Positions 37,183-49,860 of a stretch of 64,000 nucleotides of DNA are shown piece by piece. Made by a program: the position numbers and the translations under genes. The notes beneath the pieces were generated by a model. That model was given only the letters and a program-made list of their open reading frames with translations, did no database searches and was not told where the DNA came from. How positions within the stretch are numbered: the stretch's first letter is position 1; each line of letters opens with the position of its first letter. Source of the DNA: Azolla caroliniana (lineage: Eukaryota; Plantae; Polypodiophyta); contig JBHGNT010000011.1 in the NCBI GenBank assembly GCA_043228905.1, forward strand, positions 9,300,001-9,364,000. The letters are read 5' to 3'.

Positions 37183-39003
37183 GCCTTCTCCATTTGGGGC
37201 TGCGGCTCCATTTGTCGCTCTGGCACCGGCGTTTCCTTCGTTGGTTCCTCCGTCGGAGTTGTCTCTGGCTGACTGACCCCGGCCTGGTCCTCGTCTGGTC
37301 CTAGTACCGGCGACGGTTCCTCATCACTAAGGTTGACCGTTGCTGCCTTTCTCGTTTTTTCTTCCCGAAGCCGGGACCGCTCATAGTTCTCAAACTGGAT
37401 TTGAGCCTCCAGTCGATCTTTGTCCAGTTGAGCTAGGAGCTGCCGAACCTATACCAATTGTTCATCTGCCAGGGCTATGAAATCTTCGGCCAGCTCATCC
37501 CTTATAGCGGTGAAGTCCTCCGATGTCAAGGTATAACAATCGTCACCCTCCTTCCGCCAGTTTTTCACGTCCACCCTGAGCAATTGGAGTTCCGCCGTAT
37601 TCTGCCCCCATTTCGTCCACCAACGCACAGAGTTTTCGTCAATCAAGCTTTTGGTCTTAGTGAGCCATGACCGGAGGATGCACTGGATCCGTTCGGCTCC
37701 CATCCGTGATTTATTTTCTGCGGCTTGTCGCTCCTCTTTCAATTGCTTGATGATTCGGACCGTGTCCGCCTCCTGCTCCCTATAATGCGACAATTGACTT
37801 TGATAGGTTGTTTGCAACCTCTGTAACACCATTGTCGCCCTTTCTTTTTCTTCATGGTTCTGCATGTGGAGCTCCATCCGATCCATCGCCACTTCCTCCA
37901 ATAGCTTGGAACTCTCAGCTCGTTCTTCGGCGAGTGCCGTTGTGGCCCTTTCAACTTCTTGCCGGAGCTCGGCCATCCGTTCCTGTTGTTGCTTATACTC
38001 CGTCTCCAGCTGCTTGTAGTCCCGGTGCAAATGATCAAAATCATCGGTCTTCTACTTCAGCCTCTGGTTGATCTGCCAGCGAGCACGGTCCTCCCGGTCC
38101 TTCTGTTGATGGAGTTCCTCCTTCAGCCTCTCGATTTCCGTCTCCGCCATCCATCGCAAATTGTCTTTTTCCTGCAGAAATTTCTCCTTTTCCTCCTTTA
38201 GCCGATCGTAAGCATGATGTCCTTTACGCAGGTTTTCCTCTGCCCGGCGGAGGTTCTCAGCAGTCTTCTTTAATTCTTCTTCGGCCGCCTTCTTCAAGTC
38301 GTGTTCGCAGCTCCGTAATGCTTCTTGTGCGGCAAGATCATCTCGTAATTCCGCAAGCTCTTGGGCTTGCACCGCATCTTTCTCCGGGACAGTTTGTGTC
38401 TCCAGGGTCTTATTCATATGTACATCAACCGGAGTCACCGGTGCTTGGACCTGTGTGGCGGTTAAGGCCATTTTGGCCATGTCTCCTGTGATCCGATCCA
38501 AGTCATGTTCGAGGCACCGGATCCTTGACCAGGCCGTCTCTAGTTCATCGGTTGTGACGAGCAACCGTTCCGTTTGCGCCCTTTCCTCCACCTCTATGCA
38601 TCCGACTACTCCGGCAATTTGTTCTCCTATCCACCGGAGCCATTGGCTGCCGGTGCACTGTTGTTGCGCTTGCACGGAGGGTTGGCTGATGCATTCACTC
38701 GCTGGTGGCTGGTCCCGCCTTACTGCGTCGAGTTGCACTTCTAGTTCTGCCTGCTGACCACTTTGCCGTTCCGGCTCTAGATGTGTTTCGGCTAGCCGCC
38801 CCTTGTCTGCTTGTTCTTGGCCGGCTGAGGAGGTTGGCCTTTGTATAACCGGCTCTTGAGTTACAGGGCTCGCCAGTGCTGCCTGTTGTGTAGGGACTTC
38901 TGTGACCGGTTCCATCCGAACCGGTTCCGGTGCCTCCCTTAGTGTGGGATGCTCAGTGTGAGTTGCGGACGTTCCATCCGTCTGTGGGTCCGAACGTTTC
39001 CCG

Positions 39004-41231
39004 GCTGATTCAGCGGTGCTCTTCACCGGCCGCCGCTGGAGGTGCTCCGTGGGTTCTTCCTCCATTTCCTCCGCCTGAGTCCCGGCAGTCATTCTTGCCG
39101 CCAGGGTGTCCGTTTCTTGCTGCACCAGTCGGTGGAGTGGGCTCTTCAGGGATCGTGCCGGTGTCTCCTCGTGTGTGTTCGTCGGCCACTTCTGGCTGGT
39201 GCGTTCCTTTGCCGCCTTCTCTGCGTCGGTCGTCTTCCCCTTAGTGGCCTTGGAGGCCAACAGTTGTTGTCGTTTCGAAGCAGGTTTCGAGGTGCCGTCC
39301 GTTGCTCTTCCCCGGTTCTTGGTTTGGACGGGCTCGACCGGTGAGCCATTGCATCACTGCATGCCATATTTTCCGGCCTTCCTTGCCGTCCTTTCCTCTT
39401 ACTATATCAATAGTCGTACACAGCCCGTCGGCGATCAGCACCGGCCAATCCACCTTGACCCCTTCGTACGTCGCGATAATCAAGCCTGCTCGGTTTTGAG
39501 GCATGACGGGGGGTCGAGGGTATACATGGCCGAACTCATGGAGCACACGGGCAATTTCGCGCTGATTCAGCGGTGCTCTTCACCGGCCGCCGCTGGAGGT
39601 GCTCCGTGGGTTCTTCCTCCATTTCCTCCGCCTGAGTCCCGGCAGTCATTCTTGCCGCCAGGGTGTCCGTTTCTTGCTGCACCAGTCGGTGGAGTGGGCT
39701 CTTCAGGGATCGTGCCGGTGTCTCCTCGTGTGTGTTCGTCGGCCACTTCTGGCTGGTGCGTTCCTTTGCCGCCTTCTCTGCGTCGGCCGTCTTCCCCTTA
39801 GTGGCCTTGGAGGCCAACAGTTGTTGTCGTTTCGAAGCAGGTTTCGAGGTGCCGTCCGTTGCTCTTCCCCGGTTCTTGGTTTGGACGGGCTCGACCGGTG
39901 AGCCATTGCATCACTGCATGCCATATTTTCCGGCCTTCCTTGCCGTCCTTTCCTCTTACTATATCAATAGTCGTACACAGCCCGTCGGCGATCAGCACCG
40001 GCCAATCCACCTTGACCCCTTCGTACGTCGCGATAATCAAGCCTGCTCGGTTTTGAGGCATGACGGGGGGTCGAGGGTATACATGGCCGAACTCATGGAG
40101 CACACGGGCAATTTCGCGCTGATTCAGCGGTGCTCTTCACCGGCCGCCGCTGGAGGTGCTCCGTGGGTTCTTCCTCCATTTCCTCCGCCTGAGTCCCGGC
40201 AGTCATTCTTGCCGCCAGGGTGTCCGTTTCTTGCTGCACCAGTCGGTGGAGTGGGCTCTTCAGGGATCGTGCCGGTGTCTCCTCGTGTGTGTTCGTCGGC
40301 CACTTCTGGCTGGTGCGTTCCTTTGCCGCCTTCTCTGCGTCGGCCGTCTTCCCCTTAGTGGCCTTGGAGGCCAACAGTTATTGTCGTTTCGAAGCAGGTT
40401 TCGAGGTGCCGTCCGTTGCTCTTCCCCGGTTCTTGGTTTGGACGGGCTCGACCGGTGAGCCATTGCATCACTGCATGCCATATTTTCCGGCCTTCCTTGC
40501 CGTCCTTTCCTCTTACTATATCAATAGTCGTACACAGCCCGTCGGCGATCAGCACCGGCCAATCCACCTTGACCCCTTCGTACGTCGCGATAATCAAGCC
40601 TGCTCGGTTTTGAGGCATGACGGGGGGTCGAGGGTATACATGGCCGAACTCATGGAGCACACGGGCAATTTCGCGCTGATTCAGCGGTGCTCTTCACCGG
40701 CCGCCGCTGGAGGTGCTCCGTGGGTTCTTCCTCCATTTCCTCCGCCTGAGTCCCGGCAGTCATTCTTGCCGCCAGGGTGTCCGTTTCTTGCTGCACCAGT
40801 CGGTGGAGTGGGCTCTTCAGGGATCGTGCCGGTGTCTCCTCGTGTGTGTTCGTCGGCCACTTCTGGCTGGTGCGTTCCTTTGCCGCCTTCTCTGCGTCGG
40901 CCGTCTTCCCCTTAGTGGCCTTGGAGGCCAACAGTTGTTGTCGTTTCGAAGCAGGTTTCGAGGTGCCGTCCGTTGCTCTTCCCCGGTTCTTGGTTTGGAC
41001 GGGCTCGACCGGTGAGCCATTGCATCACTGCATGCCATATTTTCCGGCCTTCCTTGCCGTCCTTTCCTCTTACTATATCAATAGTCGTACACAGCCCGTC
41101 GGCGATCAGCACCGGCCAATCCACCTTGACCCCTTCGTACGTCGCGATAATCAAGCCTGCTCGGTTTTGAGGCATGACGGGGGGTCGAGGGTATACATGG
41201 CCGAACTCATGGAGCACACGGGCAATTTCGC
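39004..41231. repeat. 557-bp tandem repeat, 4 nearly identical copies
   Basis: Unit GCTGATTCAGCGG...GGCAATTTCGC starts at 39004, 39561, 40118 and 40675; the ORF track repeats with period 557. Confidence 0.97.
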
Positions 41232-42134
41232 GAAATAGCATATCTTCCCCGCCCTATGTCATGTAGCCCTTGCTGGCGAGAGAGTACTCACCGAAATATT
41301 TGATGAGTTGCTCGGAGGTAGGATTGTCGATCGTGTAGATGCCTCCCTCCGGAAGGCCTATTAACGCACGGATCGCCTCCTCCATGATCACCTCTGTGTC
41401 GATTTCTTTGATAATCTTTTCAGCCTCCTTGTGTGGCGCCGCCTCCATGATCATTAAGAAACCCTCCAGTCCGTGTTGCCGTAGCCATTTCTTGGCGGCT
41501 TCAGACAGCGTTTGGCAGTCCATCTCTACGTCGAGGTCAGAGAGCGTTGGCGAGGTTTGGTGGTAGGGAGAGTGTGAGAGAGAAAGTTCTGAGTGAGGGG
41601 GTTCTCTATGTGCGAGCTCTCTGCGATTGATCTTCACGCGTCTGTCTGCATCTGTTCTCCTTGGTTCGCGATAGGAGAAGGTCTCGATGCGTGGGGGTTT
41701 TTCTCTCTGCATCTTGGCGCCTTTTTCGAGACTATGCATGTGCAGGTCGTGTACTATAATAGTATTATGTGCCATGTGGCAGTGGTTTAATGTCCTATTC
41801 ATAGCCTCCTCGTACCTTTTTGACGTGCCTCTTTACTCCTCGTTTGCATGGCCGTTTCCACCACTCCTTTTAATGATTTATTTGATTCCATTCGATTTTA
41901 TTTTTTTTATTTTTTTTATTTTTTTTTTTAAGATTAATTGTGTGGTTAATTTTTCTCCGGTCCTATCGGACCCTTACCCGAAACGCGCACCTTGTCGGCC
42001 TCTTGACGGTTTGCCTTCATTATGCTTTCCCCAGTTTCCGGCTCGTGCTCCCCCTTACCGGCTTGGTGGTAGCCATTTTCCTCACGGGTTGCCGTCATGG
42101 TTGGCCTGCCGGCGTCTGATTCGGTGGCAGCCCT

Positions 42135-45123
42135 TCATTCAAATGGGTTCTTGGGCATAGGTCCTTTGTATGGTTTTAGTCTAAATCCGTTGACCCATTT
42201 ACCCAGCACCTCGCCGACAAGTGTCCCTAACTGGTAAGACCCATTGAACCTACGTGTGATCCAGTATGGACCGGTCCATCTAAACCGTAGTTTGCCTAGC
42301 ATTTTACCCATCCGGGTCTGGAACACTAGTACCGACTTGCCAATTTCGAACATCTTCTCGTTTCCCTTCCGGTGCCAATCTACAAACGCTTTCCGTCTCC
42401 GTTGTTCCAATTCTAGGTGCATGATGCTCGCTAGTCGGTGTTCTTCTAGTTCACACAGAGCCTTTAACCGAATTGCCTCTGATTCCTTTTCATTGAGTCG
42501 TTCCCGAATCTGAATCCGTAAGCTTGGTACCTGGAATTCAACCGGCATGACTGCCTCTAATCTGAATGCTAACCGGAACGGCGTTGTTCGGATGCTTGTT
42601 TTATACGTTGTCCGGTAAGCCCAGAGCGCACTGTGCAGCTTCGTGTCCCAATCTGTCCGATTTTCATTGACAATCTTGCGCAGGATATTCTGTAGCGTTT
42701 TGTTTGTTGACTCAACTAATCCGTTGGCTTGTGGGTAGTACGGGGTGCTCCGTTTATGTACTACCGCATAGAATGACATCAAGCTCTCCACTACCTGTCC
42801 AAGAAAGTGCCCTCCTTGGTCGCTTATCAGCTCTATGGGGCATCCGTACCGGCACCAAATGAATTCGTAAAAGAATTTTGCCGTCGACGCCGCGGTGTTG
42901 TCTCGTAAGGCTTTGGCTTCCACCCATTTAGTGCAGTAGTCCGTCGCGACAATAACATACCGGTTGCCAGTTCTCATTGCCGGTGGTTTGAACGGACCGA
43001 CAAAATCCAGTCCCCATTTCTGAAATGGTTCTAGCGGTAGTACTGGCTAATGCGGCATCCTAGCTTGTTCCGTTGGTTGGCCCATTCACTGGCATAGATC
43101 ACACTCTTTCGCGTACCGGACTGCGTCTTTCAATGTAGTCGGCCACCATAGGCCACTTTGCCATATCTTCCTTGTCGTAGCATCCCCGGCATAATGGCCT
43201 TCTGCGACTCCACCGTGTGCTTCCTTCCCGTAGTATTACCTCTTTCTCGCCGCTGCGCACCGCTCGTCGCCATATACCGTCCGCACCTTTGTGGTATAGC
43301 GTGTCCTATAATAAACAAAAGTGTCGGCTTTGTACCGACAGGCGTTTCCTCTCGTCCCGGTTCATCTCCTCCGGAGGCAATCCGGTGCTCAAAAATTGGT
43401 GCATATTTGTTAGCCACTTATCTTCTGGTGCCACCGTTTCATCTGTTGCCGTTTCTGTGGTGACTCAAAATAGCTAAACATCCGGAAACTCGTCTGGTAC
43501 TCCGTCACCAGTTTCGCCGGAATCTAACCGGCTTAAATAATCTGCTACCGCATGCTATATGCCGGGTCGATGGAATATCTCGAATTCGAATTCTTGTAAT
43601 AGCAAAGTCCACCGGGCCAACTTACCGGTAAGTGACACTTTGGACACTAGGTAGAGGAGTGCCGAGTGATCTACATGGAAGGAAAACTTTCTTCCCAATA
43701 AATAGTGCCTGAATTTTGTTACGCTATAGATCATGCCTAAAGCTTCCCTTTCCGTGGTGGAGTAATTTCATTCGGCTTGGGATAACTTCCGGCTTGCGTA
43801 ATATACAGGCCGGTACCATCTTGGCTCCGTAAGTTGCATCAGCGCACTCCCGATTGCAATGTCGGACACATCCACAAACACAGGAAATTCCTTCGCCCAA
43901 TCCGGGGGTTGCACTACCGACACTTGCGAAAATAGAACTTTGAGTGCTCGGTACGCCTTGTCTTCGGTATTGGTCCACTGGAACGGTGTTCGGTGTACTG
44001 CAGCATGCAGTGGTGTAGCTAGGTCCGCCAAATACCGGAGCATTCGGCTATGCCAACGGATTTGGCCTAAGAAACGGCTCAATGCCTTTGCCGTTTTTGG
44101 TGCTGGTGCCTCCAGGATTGCTTTTACTTTGTCCAGGTCCACGGCGATGCCCTCCTTGCTCACAATGTGCCCCAATAGCGTTCTGCTGGACACGCCAAAT
44201 ACACACTTCGCCAGATTCAAGCTTAGCCGGTAAGCCCTACACTTTTCTAGACACAGTCGGAGGTGCTGAAGGTGGTCTCCTTCCCGGCTGTAAACGGCGA
44301 AGTCGTCGAGGAACACCTGCATGAACGCCGGTATGAATTCTCCGAATATTTCCATGATGATCCTCTGGAACGTTGTCGGCGCCGTTTTGAGTCCGAACAT
44401 CATCACCACAGCAACAAACACTCCCCATTCAGTGACGAAAGCCGTTTTCTCCTGGTCATCGGGGTGCATCCGGATCTGGTTGTATCCGCTGAATCTGTCT
44501 AAAAAACTGTATACCTCATGGCCGGCGACTGCGTCCAAAACTCCATCCATAAATGGAAGTGGAAATGCATCTGTTACCGTCGCCGCATTAAGCTTCCAGT
44601 AGTCGACACATACTCTAATTTTGCCATTTTTCTTTGGTGTTGCCGGCTCGACTTTCGGTGTTGGAGGTTTTTGCCGGTCTTTTTCCGTCTCCGGAGGTTG
44701 CTCCACGTCTAGTGCCGAAGGTTCCCGGTCTGCCAACTCTGGTTCCGGTGTCGATAATGTATCCGACTCCTCGTCCTCCGATCCTCCTGGGGTGTCGTTA
44801 CTGCTGCGATAGTTCGTGTGCGCACTGTAACCCCCTTCCGAATCCGATTCTAGCGCTAAAAATGCTTCGGATTCGCCGTCTCTTCCGGCCAAGGCCTGGA
44901 GAAGGGTTTCCGCTTCCTGGAGGCTGCTTAAGCTGTTTCCTTCGTCTGGGTAGGCGTTTTGTTGCAGACGGAGCGACTCCTCCGCCACTTTCCGGGTCAC
45001 TTTGGAAAATGATCGATCCGATCGGATTTCTTCCGCTGCTTGCTGGAAAGCCTCTTGCCGCCTTCTCTGTTCAGCAAGTCTTCGTGCTCTCTCCGTAACC
45101 GGGTCGTCTGTTGGCCTAGTCAT
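42135..45123 (-). pseudogene. pol: Internally deleted gag-pol (gag N-terminus fused to RT; RNase H; integrase)
   Basis: ORF 43768-45123 joins an acidic N-terminus directly to TPKKNGKIRVCVDY; integrase ORF 42135-42977; stops in between. Confidence 0.88.
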
Positions 45124-48100
45124 CCATTCCTGCCGCTGTTTGCTGCGATTGTGCAGAAATCGTGGTCGCCAAAAATTGTGTTAATCCTAGGGGCCGGACA
45201 ATAGCCTAACACAAGGTGTCCACTTAAGACACTTCACCAAAGGGTGTTACGGCAGGATGACTTACGACACAATGTTTAATTAGATCTTAATCGATTACTT
45301 AGCAACACATCATTAACACGCGTAAGATATAACAATGAGTACAGAACGGTAATCAATACTGAAAGATTAAGTCAATAAGTTCTATTAATTATCCGCTCTC
45401 GATTACATTGTAACCGGGCCTTTATATAGGTCTCCGGTGCGAAATACAAAATGGTGCCAACCGGCACCTTTTCGGGATCGGTCCGGATCCGGATCGGCAT
45501 ACTGATTCCGGTCCGTCCGTCCACATCTTCTCATATATTAATATATATATTAATACTACTAATTACAACAGTTCCCGAATAAACTATTCCTTTTCACACT
45601 CTGGTTTGGACCTCCTTAAGCCTTCTTGCCAGCCGGTAACAGGGTACCCTAAACCACCAGTTTGAATAAGGAGCACTCGATGGCTCGAGGATGCCCATCT
45701 CCACTTTCTGTTTGAGCAGCTCCATCAACTTCGGGATGTGAGCCCTCGGTACCGGAATTGGTTTGAGACTCCAAGGCACATGCGGTACCGTAAAGATCAT
45801 CATTGGTTCTACGATGGTCGGGTCTACGCACCCTATCTCCCCATGCGAGAATGCAAAGGCTTTCCCGTGCCTTTCGAGCATCCTCCGAAACCGGTCCTCC
45901 TCCGCGGGCAATAGGAAACCACCCCTATTGATCTTGAGCTTTTGTATCGTCTCGTCGGTGAACTGGTGTCCTATACCATCCATATCTCGTAAACTCAGGT
46001 CCATCGCGACCCCTCTCATCCATTCCCAGTTGTCCTCCGGCAAGGGAGCCGCAACTGGCCTCACCTTCTGGTCCACAGTCTTGTACTTGGTGTCTACTCA
46101 GGCGGTCTAATCTGACCCGATCATCTTCCCGAAGTCCGCGATGACATTGTACATCTCGACGGAATTTACCAGGACCACCCGATCCTTGCTAAGATCCTCT
46201 TCATCTATCTTCTTGATCTCCTCGAGGGTGTCATCGAATGAGACCGCCTCCACGGCACCACGAATCTCGTCATCGTATGCCTTTAAGCATCCTTCGAATC
46301 ATTTCTTCTCCCGGCCACCGATGTCGGTTATGGTACAACCTCCATTAACAAAGGGCCAAATTTTCCTACCTATGGTACAGGTGTGGGGTTTTTTCCAGTT
46401 GTCCGGACTATCGCGGCCCCACTCCTTGATAGTCCTCTCTAAAAATCCTCTCGGCTCTCGCTACCGAGAGAATCTCGGTTTCGTTCGTGGTTGGGCCGAA
46501 ACGTCAAAAATTGGACAGAGTGCTTACCATCTTGGCTCTTCACCCGTGCATACGTTGAACCGTTGTCCAACACTTTGGTCTCCATACGAGCCGTCGTAAT
46601 GTAAGGTTCCCCAAGAATCACCAGATGGGAAGACGTCTCCTGCATGAAGAAGTGTTGGTCGATCTCGACATCCCCGACTTTCACTTGGATGTTCGTGCAT
46701 GCACCATGAAGCTCTTCGGTAGCGCGGGTTGTCTCGTGCATCTTCCAACCATGCTTCATGTTGATCAGTCATTTACCCTTCTTGTAGAAGTCCATGGACA
46801 TTAAGTTAATCTCCGACCCGTGGTCGATTAGCGCTACCACCGGCTCTTCCATCCTTCCTTAGCCTCACCCCAAATAGGTCCTCTAGCACAAGCTGCCAGA
46901 GTTCGGTTTTGCTTCCAGATCCAATCCTCTTTTTCGTAGTAGGCCCACGTGGCCTATCACATGGTTACTTCATTATGAATGCCTTTCATAATGATTGTCT
47001 CATGGTGGTCCTCTAATCATATAATGAGTGTGGGATATTGGATGTGGGCTTCATAAGGACAACCTCGTGGGAAGTGGGTCAAACCCTTACGCCCACAGAC
47101 ATCATTGTGGCCATGCTTGTTTCATCATTACGTATGGCACAATTGGGGTGATGATGGGGAATAATAATTCATTTTGTTATAAAAGGATGGTGACTACGCC
47201 TTCCACACAAAAATGTGAAGACATCCACCAAGATCCTAACCCTATAAAGGACACCATTCAACATACCAAAATCATGTAGCAAATTCCTAACATATACATT
47301 ATTTGTTTACAACATGTATAGGATCAAAACATATAAATGTGATCACATATTTATTTATAAAAGAATTGTTAACAAAACATAAATCTAAGAATGATGTAAT
47401 CAAGATCTGTAATCAATGCATGTAGCCTCTACGCACATGCGACATCCAAAAAATAAAGTGAATGTAATGCGCAATTAATGTATTGACCTCATACACATCC
47501 AACACACATCACATATCAAACACATCGCAATTGAGGTATTGACCTCATATCAAACGTAATAACATACTATGTAATATGCAATAGAGGAATAAACCTCAGA
47601 CGCATACATAATGTATGTACATTTTACATGCAAAAAATATAACCAATACAATCTAATTGAATTATTTATGTTTCAAATAATGACTTAAAAACATGTTATA
47701 TAATGGGAGAAGAAACAATTTGATAAAAATAAAAGGTAATACCAAATTTCTTTTGTTGACGATTTTTTGGATCTAGATGATCACCATTAGAAAGAAATAA
47801 ACATCAACTAAAAAAACATTAGAAAGTCACTCTAACACTATATGTTAGAGATTATTTCTAATGTAAGCATAAAATAAGGAAATAGATGATAGATAGTAAA
47901 AAGAAAGAGACAAAAAGAAGGGTACCAATCCACCCGAACACCCCCTAGCGAAGGGATCGAGACGGATCTAAACCTTGAATAGCGCCCCATACCACTGTCA
48001 TGGCATCGAGTCGTACCTGGTATTGGCGCGAGCTCCCCACAAGAGTCTTTTTACCACAAGATCACAATCTCAACATAGTTGAATAATGTGTCTAATAAGG

Positions 48101-48279
48101 ATAGTTAGGCGTCATATTTATAGCTAGACCTAAGGCCCCAGGCAAGTTCCCACTTGGCCCTAAGGGTAATCTCAATTGTTAGGATTAAAGGTAATCCTCC
48201 CCCTTCTTCACACTCTCAATTAACCCTGACACTTTGATCCTCATGTGCACAATACTAAGATACATACAACACAAAAAAA

Positions 48280-49200
48280 TATGGTTATGCCCGTAAAAAT
48301 AGTTAGCATAACAACCTTTACCCAAAAACCATGGGGTAATGCAATATGAGACAACATAATTTCGACCTTGTGATATATAGTCAAATTCACATGCTCTACC
48401 ACACTATTTTCAATGGATTAGGAGCGCGAATGAGCTCCCTCTTTTATCTCTTCGTTGAAAGGCTTTGGACACATATTCCTAACCATTGTTAGTGCGAAGA
48501 CACTCCAAGTGTCTCATCAATTTGATTCTCAACCAATCCCAAGAATTGTTTTAACTTGTCAAGCATTTTATCCATGCAACAAATAGGATAAACCATACCT
48601 TCTGTGTAGCATCATCGATAAAAGTGACGAAGTATCTCTTTATGTTTAAAAATAAAAATAGCATTTGGCATGCATTTCAATGTACTAACTCTAGAGGAGA
48701 AGCTTTTGGCAAAAGATACCTTTTACGATTTGTCTGCGCACCTTTACCATAAAGAAAATGCTCAAAATTAGCAAAACAAAGACAATGCAAGTAGCCCAAA
48801 GGAGAAAGCACTTTCATCCCAACTTGACTCATGTGTCTCAATTGGCCCTACCACAACGATACAATTGGTTGACCAGTTACAACAACATCGTGACTCACAC
48901 TAGATACATGGAGGGGATATGAAGTATCACTTTTACTACCCCTAACAATAACTCTAGATCCCTTAGAGATCATCCATTTCCATCACCAAAGCTGGTGTGA
49001 AATCCATCATCATCTAGTTGCCCTGTGTTAATCAAGCTCTTCTTGAGTTGCAATACATGTGGTACATGTTGAAATGTGATGACATAACAATACTAAAATT
49101 GTAATTGCACAATACCAATACCCCCAATGTTGCATGCAAAGTGGTCCCTAAGGTGAACACCAAATCTTTTAGTTGCAAGTAGCAACAAATCCATTTCATT
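48280..49200 (-). pseudogene. Highly decayed copia protease/integrase relic
   Basis: Minus-strand remnants: KKSLINTGQLDDDG, EHFLYGK, YFVTFIDDATQKVW, LPHGFW. Confidence 0.7.
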
Positions 49201-49659
49201 GTATTCAATGTACATGTCTTAACAAGAGGATATATATTAGCAATGATAAATTGTTGGTTAGTACAATGAGATTTATAGAAAACGTTACCTCAGTGAAAAG
49301 AAACATGTTGTCAATAGAGAGGTGCCACATATTTGGGTTGTATTTATGACATGTGGCAAAAGATGAATCAATTTGCTTTTTCAGCATATATATTGAGAAT
49401 AAATTTAGATGACATGGGAGATGGTGCAAGGTGGATGTGGATGTTCTTGTATTGAGCAAAATTAATGTTCCCTATGTCTTCCTAGTTCTAACATTTTTAA
49501 CCTAGTGCCACGACCCACCTCTATTGAAGACAATTGCTAACGGCCCAACAAGAACCTACGAAGGTTCGACACCTTTATAATCACAACCTAGGGGTCTATA
49601 AGCAAACTTGTTTGGTCAACTAAGTGGATAATCGACCCTGCATCTCCGCATTGTACATT

Positions 49660-49860
49660 TGGTGAGCTGACAAAGATCATGCATGTGGAAGCCATCACAA
49701 ACTCACTTGAGCTAAATTATGTCGACATGTGTGATACAATGCATGTTCACTCATTATTAGGAGCACAATTCTTTGTGATCTTCCTTGATGGCACTACATG
49801 AAGGTTTTTGTGTACCCCTTGAAGAAAAGGGATGAGACTTTTGAGAAGTCCAATGTGTTG
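49660..49860 (+). pseudogene. Short copia integrase relic
   Basis: LELNYVDMCDTMHVHSLLGAQFFVIFLDG..KVFVYPLKKRDETFEK. Confidence 0.6.

Larger units (their letters stand above)
37108..41712 (-). pseudogene. Extra ORF (eORF) downstream of pol: conserved N-domain, linker, coiled coil, Q/P-rich tail
   Basis: Frames 41254-41802, 40912-41241, 38052-39260 and 37449-38030 are collinear on the pol strand; disrupted by stops, frameshifts and the tandem array. Confidence 0.7.
36525..45641 (-). mobile_element. Athila/Selgy-like non-chromoviral gypsy with an extra ORF 3' of pol
   Basis: 463-bp LTRs 36525-36987 and 45179-45641 (about a dozen differences by eye); TSD GGGTA; PBS TGGCGACCACG (probably tRNA-Arg) at 45161-45171; RT FLDDF; integrase YVIVATDYCTKWVEAKAL. 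Confidence 0.93.
33778..46855 (-). mobile_element. Pol-bearing Phygy-like Ty3/gypsy (protease, RT, RNase H, integrase), degenerate, both ends truncated, interrupted at 36525-45641
   Basis: Protease VALIDHGSEINL (~46810-46850); RT ...SAPYSNWWFRVP|KKND..AFLDDIPIKG; RNase H VTVDTSPTGIG; integrase to 33867; PPT-like TTTGGTGGGGGTGGA and ~20 bp of LTR (33778-33798). Confidence 0.88.

Noticed and set aside
47843-48231. Possible solo LTR
   Set aside because: TG...CA candidates exist, but I could not find a matching TSD or partner.
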